NCBI GenBank assembly: GCA_016178595.1
Contig: JACOSY010000014.1
Coordinates: 4,256-68,255, forward strand
Direction: 5' to 3'
Length of the DNA stretch: 64,000 nucleotides
From: Ignavibacteria bacterium
GTDB taxonomy: Bacteria > Bacteroidota > Ignavibacteria > UBA10030 > SZUA-254
Below are positions 18,641-27,005 of this stretch, piece after piece. Both the position numbers and the translations under genes were made by a program. The notes beneath the pieces are model-generated. The model saw only the letters and a program-made list of their open reading frames with translations, was not told the origin of the DNA and ran no database searches. The first letter of the stretch is position 1, and every line of letters starts with the position of its first letter.

Positions 18641-19897
18641 ATGCAGCTCTTGAAGTGGCTATTTTTGGATTTGAATTCGTATTTTGCTTCGGTTGAACAG
18701 GAGTTACGTCCTGAACTGCGAAGTAAACCGGTTGGCGTAGTGCCCGTCATGGCCGATACGACATGCTGTATTGCGGCAAGCTATGAGGCGAAAGCCTTCG
18801 GTGTCAAGACCGGCACGATGGTTGCCGATGCGAAACGGTTGTGTCGCGATATTCAGCTCGTCGAAGCGCGGCACGAGGTGTACGTACATTACCACAATAA
18901 AATTGTGGAGGCAATAGACACGTGCCTGCCGATCGCGGCAGTTGTCTCCATCGATGAGATGGCATGTGAGCTTACGGGAAGTCAACAAGTTGTCGAGAAT
19001 GCGGTCGCTCTCTCGAAAAAAATCAAGACGAAGATTCGGGAGAACGTCGGCTCGACACTCCGCTGCTCAATCGGTTTGGCTCCCAATCGTTTTCTTGCGA
19101 AGGTCGGGAGCGACATGCAAAAACCGGATGGCTTAACAGTTATCCAACAAACCGACCTTCCCGATATTCTCTATACCTTGCAAACAAACGACTTTCCGGG
19201 AATCGGACGGCGCATGGAACGCAGACTGAAAAAGCACGGCGTCGATACTTCGAAACAACTTCTCGGGCTCTCCAAATCCGAGATGCAAACGATCTGGGGA
19301 GGAATTGTCGGTGAGCGTTTCTGGCGTTTGCTGCGCGGGGAAGATCTCGCCGAGCTCCACACGGAGCGGCGAACAGTCGGCCATTCCCATGTCCTCTCAC
19401 CAAACATGCGAACGATCGAGCGTGCTTTTCTTGTGTCACAAAAACTCGTGCACAAGGCAGCGGCACGTCTCCGGCGTTTACATTACTGGACGTGCCGGCT
19501 TTCCGTGTATGTTAGATTCATGGATAAGACTTCCTGGGGGGATGAAGTATGCATGATCGAATGCCAGGATACATTGACGATGTTGGAAGGACTGCAGCTC
19601 TTGTGGAAGAACATCCCCTCGAAAAAGCCGCTGGCAGTCGGCGTGACACTCTCGCATCTCATTCCGGATAATCTGCACGATTTTTCATTCTTCGATGAAG
19701 CAAAACGAACCCGTCTTGCGAAGGCGATGGACAAGCTGAATTACAAGTACGGTGCGAACCTTGTCCACTTTGGCGACATGGAATTAGTGAAAGCCGCGGC
19801 TCCAACGCGTATCGCATTCACGAGCATCCCGGACTTGGAAGACCTTGATCCACACTTCGTCCTCAAGCGCGGTCAAGGCGAAGTGTCCGGGCAATAG
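18641..19897 (+). CDS. Y-family DNA polymerase (DinB-like)
   Basis: FLDLNSYFASVEQ, AASYEAKAFGVKTG, SIDE and LAKVGSDMQKPDG motifs. Confidence 0.92.
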   Translation: MQLLKWLFLDLNSYFASVEQELRPELRSKPVGVVPVMADTTCCIAASYEAKAFGVKTGTMVADAKRLCRDIQLVEARHEVYVHYHNKIVEAIDTCLPIAAVVSIDEMACELTGSQQVVENAVALSKKIKTKIRENVGSTLRCSIGLAPNRFLAKVGSDMQKPDGLTVIQQTDLPDILYTLQTNDFPGIGRRMERRLKKHGVDTSKQLLGLSKSEMQTIWGGIVGERFWRLLRGEDLAELHTERRTVGHSHVLSPNMRTIERAFLVSQKLVHKAAARLRRLHYWTCRLSVYVRFMDKTSWGDEVCMIECQDTLTMLEGLQLLWKNIPSKKPLAVGVTLSHLIPDNLHDFSFFDEAKRTRLAKAMDKLNYKYGANLVHFGDMELVKAAAPTRIAFTSIPDLEDLDPHFVLKRGQGEVSGQ

Positions 19898-20092
19898 TCA
19901 CGAAAGAATTTCATAGTATCTCGAAACATCCATTTGGAAACTATCAGAATTAAGAGTATTTTGATATGCGATAGAACAGGATCGCAGGTCCCCCACCACC
20001 GTAGCTACCTACGACAGGAGTATATCGTCGTATGGCTCGCCGCAGGGGCGGGCACAAGTCACAATTCATTTCTCACACATTATGAGGTTCAT

Positions 20093-20452
20093 ATGAGGCT
20101 CTACGTAGGTAACTTGTCGCGCGACGTCAACGAAGACGATTTGCGCGAAACCTTCCAGGCATTCGGCAAGGTCGACGAGGTAGTCATTGTGAAGGATAAA
20201 TTCAACAGCGTTCCCAAGGGATTTGGCTTCGTCGAAATGCCCGACCAAACAGAAGCGCAGAAAGCCATCGACGAGCTGAGCGGAAAAGAATTGAAAGGCC
20301 GCTCGATCGATGTCAATGAAGCGAGGCCCAAGACCGATCGTCCGCGTGGCGGCGGCGGCGGTGGTGGTGGTTGGGGTGGTGGACGATCAGGCGGCGGAGG
20401 TCGTGGTGGACGATCAGGCGGCGGAGGTGGAGGTGGTGGTCGGCGCTGGTAA
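20093..20452 (+). CDS. RRM RNA-binding protein with Gly-rich tail
   Basis: LYVGNL (RNP2), KGFGFVEM (RNP1), VNEARP. Confidence 0.95.
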   Translation: MRLYVGNLSRDVNEDDLRETFQAFGKVDEVVIVKDKFNSVPKGFGFVEMPDQTEAQKAIDELSGKELKGRSIDVNEARPKTDRPRGGGGGGGGWGGGRSGGGGRGGRSGGGGGGGGRRW

Positions 20453-20499
20453 TGGAACGTTAAGCGCCAATCAACCCCATACATTCCCTTCACTTCGGG

Positions 20500-21309
20500 G
20501 CCGATGATTCCTCGCGGCAGACGCCGGCGGCGAATGGCGAACCACGCGAACGGACCAGTTGCAACCGTAGCAAATGCAAACCATGCAGCGGTCAAGTGCA
20601 CTGTGCAGGTAGCGAGCAAGCCAGTGAGAGCAAGGAGTATGCACAGTGCAGGCAGAAGAGTCATGGCGATCAATCCAGGAATTTGCAGCGGGATGCGGAA
20701 GGGGCGTCGTGAGTCGGGCATGTGTTTCCGCAGGGCAATCAGTGCAAAAAAACCCGGCATGAGTGCCGCGCCGTAAAGTGTCACATCGATAACAAACAGG
20801 TCGCCGAAATTCCAGAGCACCATAAAGCTGACGACCACAGCGCAGGTGAGAATAAAAACGTGCGGGACTTGTGAGATCGGATGAAGACGCTGCAATGAAG
20901 CGGGGAGAAGTCGGTCATCGGCCATCACTTTCGGTATGCGGCTGATGGCGAGGAGGATCGCGAGAAACAAACCGGGCGTACTTACCATACCGCCGGCCGA
21001 GAGTAATGCCCCAACCACCATCCACTCATGTGAAATCCCAGCGCCGGGAAGCCTCATCCTCAAGAGGGCAGAATGTGCGCTCGTAAGAATTGAACAGAAG
21101 TACATCGCGACGATCACGAGCAGCGCTCCTCCGATAGCAATGAAATATGAGCGTATCGGCGTCTCCACTTCTTCTGCGATTGTGAATGCGTTGTCCCACC
21201 CGAGAAAATTCCACATCACGTTGAACAATCCCATGCACACTGCAGCTAAACCCAGAGGAAGAAGTGGAGACGGCTGTACAGCCGTAACCGGATGATGTGA
21301 TGGAATCAT
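20500..21309 (-). pseudogene. N-terminally truncated APC-family amino acid permease
   Basis: MWNFLGWDNAFTIAEEVETP, SRIPKVMADDRLLP and RRPFRIP motifs; roughly the first five TM helices are missing; frame runs on to 20101 antisense to the RRM gene; left boundary approximate. Confidence 0.7.
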
Positions 21310-21387
21310 CTCGTTTGCATCCGAACAGTTTTAGTGATACATTTTTGCCGAGTTAGATTCAGTTCCCCAGAAAAAGTGCAAGCGGTC

Positions 21388-21978
21388 ATGAGCTTCGAAA
21401 CAGTATCTCCATTACTCAGCATCGTCCTCGGTATTCTTCTGTTGGTCGCCGGCAGGAAATTGTATTGGCTGTCCGTTGGTGTGCTCGGGTTTTTGACGGG
21501 GATAATTCTTGCTGCACGTTTCTTTCCGGGACGTCCGGAATGGATGACGTACGTGATCGCGGGAGGGTTGGGGATTCTCGGGGCAGTTGCTGCCGTGGTT
21601 TTGCAGAAGATCGCCGTCGCAGCGCTCGGTTTTGTTGCCGGAGGATTCCTGCTCGTCAACATCACTGAAGGGCTTCATTGGACGACTACGGAATCCTTCT
21701 GGTTGCCTTTTCTGTTGGGAGGAGTTCTGGGAGCGATACTTCTCTCTCAGGTTTTCGACTGGGTGCTGATCATCGCTTCATCGATAACCGGAGCGTATTT
21801 GCTCGTGAAGGAAATACACATTGCCCACTCTTCGCAAATCGTCGTGCTTATCCTGCTCACAGTGATCGGAGTTCTTATTCAATCCCGCACGCGAGGAAAA
21901 AAACAGCCGCATGGAAGGAGAAAGAAGCAGCCATCACCAGCGAAGCGGAAGGCCGAGGAGGCGAAGGAGTCGGAGTGA
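21388..21978 (+). CDS. Multi-pass membrane protein (DUF4203-like)
   Basis: GRKLYWL, IIASSITGA motifs; about seven Gly-rich TM helices. Confidence 0.75.
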   Translation: MSFETVSPLLSIVLGILLLVAGRKLYWLSVGVLGFLTGIILAARFFPGRPEWMTYVIAGGLGILGAVAAVVLQKIAVAALGFVAGGFLLVNITEGLHWTTTESFWLPFLLGGVLGAILLSQVFDWVLIIASSITGAYLLVKEIHIAHSSQIVVLILLTVIGVLIQSRTRGKKQPHGRRKKQPSPAKRKAEEAKESE

Positions 21979-22016
21979 GGCAGAGAAAAGTTTGTTCACG
22001 GCTTAGGGAACCGTAA

Positions 22017-22124
22017 GACGCAGACGAGTTGGCGGGGGTATTCTTCTACCGGCTCGAAGTCGTACACTCGAGGAATCCCAAAAAACTTTTCCGGCAAGTG
22101 AGAAAGATGGCGTTATCGAGGTAA
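22017..22124 (+). pseudogene. Orphan remnant of a T9SS C-terminal sorting domain
   Basis: Translates DADELAGVFFYRLEVVHSRNPKKTF, frameshift, QVRKMALSR*. Confidence 0.6.
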
Positions 22125-22140
22125 CGTCCAGGGTTGACAA

Positions 22141-22170
22141 GAAACCCCAGCGGTGCTTTGCCGGGGTTTC
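22141..22170. terminator. Hairpin terminator downstream of 22194-24377
   Basis: GAAACCCC...GGGGTTTC. Confidence 0.6.
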
Positions 22171-22193
22171 GCATTGTATTCCATGTCGCTTCT

Positions 22194-24377
22194 TCATCGT
22201 GTGATAAGCATTTTCCGTGTTGCAGAGAATCTTCCCGCTTGCATCTGGAAAAAGTAAACTCCACTTGCCAAACCATTGGCGTCAAATTCGATGGTATGAT
22301 CTCCAGCTCTCTCAACTTCATCGACAAGAACGGCGAGCTCCCGGCCTAAGAGATCAAATATCCTAATCTGTACGTACTCCGACGTTGGCAGTGAGTACTC
22401 AATCCTTGTGAGCGGATTGCCCGGATTAGGATAATTCTGTTTGAGTTCGAAGGACGTGAGATTCTTCCCGGTACGAAGTGGCGCGGCAGAAGGAGGATTT
22501 GGGGGCACTTCACTCGTTGGAACGATTCTAATGGCATTCTTCTGCGATGTTCCTAAGGATGAGAGGATCAGTTGGCCATTCTGTGAAACTCTTACCCAAT
22601 ATGCCTTTCCCGGGTAGATGGTGTCAGTGACATAGTACCCGATCCCGTCATATCCGAAGAAATTCGATGTTACAATGCCCGGCGGTTGAGACGTGATGTG
22701 CGAGACCGGAAGTGCGGCGCTAATGGAGCCTATTATGTTCCAACCTATTGTGACCGCTTCTGTATCAACCGGAAGTGGCAACTCTGCCCGCAGGGCTATT
22801 TGCTCCGGTTGATCAAACTTCAACCAAAACCCCATCCCATGTGACAACGAAGGTTGAGGAACATATGTGCCACTGAATGTAAAGGCATTCGTTGCGGCAT
22901 GAGGGAACAGAGTCGATTTGTCTGCGCCAGAGATACGCAGAGGGAGGGAGAGCATGTTCCAATCCGACGAGACCTGCTGAGGAGATACCCACGTAGGATT
23001 TGTCGAGTCTCTGTTTCCCTTGGCATCCTCTGCGATGATGCTGTACCAGAGAAGAGACGGAACTGGTGACGTAGGAAGCGGTATTCTTCCTTCCCAGAAT
23101 GAATTGTAGTCACCGAGGGTTCCTCCAAGAGGTGTGAATATGTCTTCCTGAACGGTATCCTGCGGCAACTGGTATCGGATGATCGCCGAGGCATACGATG
23201 TGGAATCGTACAAGCTTGTGTTGACGACCAGAGTATCCAGTTCGATTGAGACGCTATCAGAGAGAATCTGTGGCTTATCGTTGTCCCCAAAGAAATAGAG
23301 TGTCGCATGTACAACCGTATCCCCAATCTGATAGTACCCAGTGGTGTCCGGCCCATCAACGACGATTTCCCCTGTAAACATCGTTTCACCGCGGCTCGGT
23401 ATGCCCGGGCAGTTGGCCGTATCATCGTACGATATTTGTAGTCCGAATGTCGTGTCTTCGAGAGGTATTGTGAACGGGATATCAATGGGGATTTGAGGTA
23501 TCGACGAAAAACAATTCCCATGCTCCAGCGGGACCTGAAGAATGAAAGGCGGTGCGTTCGGCAGGAGAAAAGTCAGTGTCGATCCCTCGATTGGGCTTTC
23601 CACGATTCCTCTCAGTCGGGCCTGCAGCACGCGAGGATAGCCCATCAAATACCAGTTTTGAATTGGGGCCAGAGCTAATTCTTTTCCTCCACTGTCCGGT
23701 TTAAGCGGAATTTTCCCTCCGGTCGCCATCCACCAGTTTGCGTAATCTCCGGGATTAGTTCCTTGGTCTGGGATGACATTAACATTTGGACCCGAGCCCG
23801 GACAATTGGCGCCGCCGAAATCTTTCCCCGGGGTGCCGATCAAGACATCCATGTAAAGACTGGCCGGGTCAGGTATATCTTTGATCGATCCATTCGATGC
23901 ATCACGCGTGCAGTCACAGATGACCTTCAGAGGGCCGCCGCCAGCGGCAATCGCTGGAACACGGAAGCATCCGAAGTAAAAACTTGGCGGCATATTCACT
24001 CCGTTAGCTAACGGGACGCAACTCCACTTCGGCAAGCCCGGCCCCGGTCCGGGTTCGTACTTCAATTGAACTCGCCTCCAATTCTTGGTTGGTGCGCCCT
24101 TCTTGTCAGTACGAATCATCCCGCAGAGCCAGAATTCGGGGGTCGCCATATTATTCTTTCGCGCGACCGTAACTTCGAGGCAGCGTGCCGTCCCTTTTCC
24201 TTTGACCATTTGTGACGTCAAGACTGCTCGCCAATCGATCGTCGTACCCCCCGCCCCCGGAATCTTGACATTCCCACGTGCACCGGGTGGACCTTGTTGA
24301 GAGAAAGAGAGAGATGCCGCCATGAGAAGACAAAGCACGACACTCCTCATCATGAAAAATATCTTGCACTGTTGCAT
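22194..24377 (-). CDS. Secreted protein with T9SS C-terminal sorting domain
   Basis: Signal peptide; Cys-containing N-terminal domain; WNMLSLP/GWNIIGS modules; QNYPNP...SGVYF...RKMLITR; SD GGAGG. Confidence 0.88.
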   Translation of the reverse strand: MQQCKIFFMMRSVVLCLLMAASLSFSQQGPPGARGNVKIPGAGGTTIDWRAVLTSQMVKGKGTARCLEVTVARKNNMATPEFWLCGMIRTDKKGAPTKNWRRVQLKYEPGPGPGLPKWSCVPLANGVNMPPSFYFGCFRVPAIAAGGGPLKVICDCTRDASNGSIKDIPDPASLYMDVLIGTPGKDFGGANCPGSGPNVNVIPDQGTNPGDYANWWMATGGKIPLKPDSGGKELALAPIQNWYLMGYPRVLQARLRGIVESPIEGSTLTFLLPNAPPFILQVPLEHGNCFSSIPQIPIDIPFTIPLEDTTFGLQISYDDTANCPGIPSRGETMFTGEIVVDGPDTTGYYQIGDTVVHATLYFFGDNDKPQILSDSVSIELDTLVVNTSLYDSTSYASAIIRYQLPQDTVQEDIFTPLGGTLGDYNSFWEGRIPLPTSPVPSLLWYSIIAEDAKGNRDSTNPTWVSPQQVSSDWNMLSLPLRISGADKSTLFPHAATNAFTFSGTYVPQPSLSHGMGFWLKFDQPEQIALRAELPLPVDTEAVTIGWNIIGSISAALPVSHITSQPPGIVTSNFFGYDGIGYYVTDTIYPGKAYWVRVSQNGQLILSSLGTSQKNAIRIVPTSEVPPNPPSAAPLRTGKNLTSFELKQNYPNPGNPLTRIEYSLPTSEYVQIRIFDLLGRELAVLVDEVERAGDHTIEFDANGLASGVYFFQMQAGRFSATRKMLITR

Positions 24378-24793
24378 GTTTGTTCCCTCCTTTAAGATGA
24401 ATGCCTTATGTGTATGCTGAACTTTTCCCCCGGAGCGCCTTCAATGAGATACAGTCAGGCGGTGGACGAATCACCAATGGTGATGAGAGAGAAATAATTG
24501 GTATCAGGTTCATGGCCGAGATCCGGAAAGTATGCGAGAGTAGACTCGCAAGATATATCTACGGTGAAAACGTTTCAGAGATGGGTGCGGAAAGAACCCG
24601 ATGAGGAGATAGCATAATACATTTGCGCACTGACTGACTCGTGGTCATTCGCTTCCTCAAAGCGAGGATATTTCCCTCGTCGCTGTGAGTCTTATGTCTC
24701 GGAGGGAATGATGACTTCCGATCCCGCGGCGCTGTTGCGGAACCAAACCAAGCGTGCCCCTATCCGTTCTAATGAATTGATCGGAATAAGTGG

Positions 24794-24822
24794 AATATAC
24801 ATTTGTACTCTTCGAAAGTCAA
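24794..24822 (-). promoter_or_regulatory. Sigma70-type promoter candidate for 22194-24377
   Basis: TTGACT-N17-TATATT on the minus strand. Confidence 0.5.
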
Positions 24823-24973
24823 GTTCCTGGCGTATGAGCCATCGACTCATAAAAAAGGTAGCCGAACGGAGTCCGGAAAAGAGTTGTTGCATCATATATA
24901 TATATATGCAGCCATCTCAGTTTGTACTGAAACACGTTCCTTGACTTTCCTTCTGCTCTATAGTGAATGAGAT

Positions 24974-25039
24974 ATTAACGATGAAGGAACACCTGGCCAA
25001 ACGTATGTGGGCGTGAAGAAGATGTTATTGATGAAATAG
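24974..25039 (+). pseudogene. Orphan remnant of a T9SS C-terminal sorting domain
   Basis: Translates INDEGTPGQTYVGVKKMLLMK*, with no upstream ORF. Confidence 0.65.
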
Positions 25040-25044
25040 TAACC

Positions 25045-25177
25045 GAACTCACCTCGACGAGTCGAGTCGTCGACCTGTAGTCTCCCAAAGGGATCCCTTT
25101 GGGACCTCTCTAAAATTAGAGAGGGACGCGATCGCGCACCCCTTCTCTACTTGTAGAGAAGGGGTGGGGGATGAGTC
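25045..25177. repeat. REP-like palindromic element, copy 2, with nested mini-hairpins
   Basis: Shares GAACTCACC, CCTCTCTAAAATTAGAGAGGGACG, CCCCTTCTCTA and GGGGATGAGT with 10023-10126. Confidence 0.85.
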
Positions 25178-25285
25178 CGATGAGAGCAAAGGCAAAGCCC
25201 AATCAGTGAACGAGATGTTGTTGATGAAGTGACGTTCCTCTCGCAACGGTCTTTGTGGCGGGTTCTGAAATAGAGATCGAAGCAC

Positions 25286-25319
25286 AAAAGCCGTTCCGAA
25301 GAATCGAAACGGCTTTTTT
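25286..25319. terminator. Bidirectional Rho-independent terminator
   Basis: AAAAGCCGTT...AACGGCTTTTTT. Confidence 0.7.
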
Positions 25320-25464
25320 AATAAACTACCCCGCCGCAGGCGGAGGGGTGATTGAAAAGAAGGGGATACGCTGGAGGAAGCAATGAGAATCGGTTTCTCA
25401 TGCTCCTCCGACCTTCGTCGGAATGGATGATGAGCCGCGGAGAAGACCGGCGACGAACCGGTCT

Positions 25465-26253
25465 CTACTTCTTGCTAAGAACCTTCGCAAACAACTTCTG
25501 CATCTCCGCCCACGACTTCTTGTCTGCATTCTCGTTGTACGCAATAGCCATGCTGAATTTCTTCCCCAAATCAGTGGCTCCGGGATTGGTGAAGCCATGT
25601 ATGGCGCCCGGGTAGTTGACGAAATGGAAGTCCGCACCCGCTGATTTCATCTCAGACTTGAACTTCTTAACATCATCTGCAGAGATGAACTTGTCGTCTG
25701 CGCCATTGCAAACGAGAATCTTCGCCTTCACCTTGCTTTTCTCTGCAGGATGTTGTGTTGCAAGACTGCCGTGGAAACTCACGACGGCTTTCAGATCGGT
25801 TCCTTCACGCGCCATCGTGAGCACAACGCCTCCTCCGAAACAATAACCGATCGCGGCAACCTGTGCTGGGTCGACGTGTTCATCCTTTTTAAGGAAATCC
25901 ATGGCAGCCATGAAACGCGCTTTCATGACGGACATGTTTTGCAATACTTCACCGGCAAATTTTCCGGCGTCGTCGGGATGGCTGGCTTGTTTACCGTTGC
26001 CGTACATGTCCACTGCAAGAGCGACATAGCCAAGTTCGGCGAGCATTTCGGCACGCTTGCGTGCATACTCGTTATGGCCCCACCATTCGTGCACCACGAG
26101 CACGCCGGGCCGTTTACCCTGAACGCCATCATCGTATGCGAGGTAGCCTTTCATGGTGAGGCTGTCGGCCGTATACTCGACCTCTTTTCCAACAACTCCT
26201 GCGCGCGCAACGACTGCTGCCATAATCATCAAAACAAAAAATGTTAAACGCAT
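25465..26253 (-). CDS. Dienelactone hydrolase family protein, exported
   Basis: HEWWG, GYCFGG, SFHG, HGFTNP; signal peptide. Confidence 0.93.
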   Translation of the reverse strand: MRLTFFVLMIMAAVVARAGVVGKEVEYTADSLTMKGYLAYDDGVQGKRPGVLVVHEWWGHNEYARKRAEMLAELGYVALAVDMYGNGKQASHPDDAGKFAGEVLQNMSVMKARFMAAMDFLKKDEHVDPAQVAAIGYCFGGGVVLTMAREGTDLKAVVSFHGSLATQHPAEKSKVKAKILVCNGADDKFISADDVKKFKSEMKSAGADFHFVNYPGAIHGFTNPGATDLGKKFSMAIAYNENADKKSWAEMQKLFAKVLSKK

Positions 26254-26467
26254 CCGGTGTATCTCCTTTCAATAAAGAGAGAAATGTTGAGAGATAACAG
26301 TGGAGTGGACACAATATAGGGAGTTTGTTATTGATGCGCAACAGGGTAGACGCTGCACTCCATCAAGTCAAATCCTTTCTCTATAACTTTTGCGGGGGAG
26401 ATAGCTGAAAAGAATTGTTCAGCAGTCTATGACGTTACATTTTTTCGATTTTTTAATGTAAGTACAC

Positions 26468-26496
26468 TTGACACTATCGAATGAAGTAGGTACCTT
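26468..26496 (+). promoter_or_regulatory. Sigma70-type promoter
   Basis: TTGACA-N17-TACCTT. Confidence 0.6.
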
Positions 26497-26637
26497 ATAG
26501 GTATCCTCGCGGTTGGTGAACGCGGACAGTTATCGGCAGGGATGCGAGGTAGCCAGCCTCAGAGGAATTGTCGCTGACTTATCAGAGTCAGGGCATCGAA
26601 CAAAGAGTTCTTGTTGAGAAACATACAAGGGATGTGC

Positions 26638-26868
26638 ATGAGTGTTTCTTTGAGCGGCAAGATCACGGGAGAATTCGTATTTGCTCTCCTCGGCCTTATT
26701 GGCTTTGTTTCATTTCGCAGTACTACCATCCTCGCTGAAAACTCACAATGGATCGATCACACGTATCGTGTTCATGAAAAGAAAAACATGAAAGGTGTGG
26801 GTGAGGCTCCCACGTCGTTATCGTGCGCCTCCCCACGATGCGACCGCCGATCCCACACCGTTTATTAA
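26638..26868 (+). pseudogene. N-terminal remnant of a CHASE3 sensor protein
   Basis: KITGEFVFALL..IGFVSFRSTT.LAENSQWIDHTYRV matches the TM1 plus WVxHTxxV start of CHASE3; degenerates afterwards. Confidence 0.6.
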
Positions 26869-27005
26869 AAGTGAAGAATGTATGACAAACGTCAAACATA
26901 ATTGGAGAATGACATGAGCCGGTGCACGAGAGTAACGGGTTGTCGGTATGAGAAGATACGTAGTGTCAAGAGCTATACTTTTCACAAATAACATTAGAGG
27001 ACATT

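Noticed and set aside
10142-19897. Diversity-generating retroelement acting on the kinases
   Set aside because: No reverse transcriptase and no template/variable repeat pair with adenine-specific mismatches
20345-20445. GGC/GGT repeats and duplicated GGTGGACGATCAGGCGGCGGAGGT
   Set aside because: Ordinary Gly-rich tail of the RRM protein
26497-26637. Possible riboswitch upstream of the TonB receptor
   Set aside because: No cobalamin, TPP or c-di-GMP consensus recognisable by eye; an Rfam scan is needed
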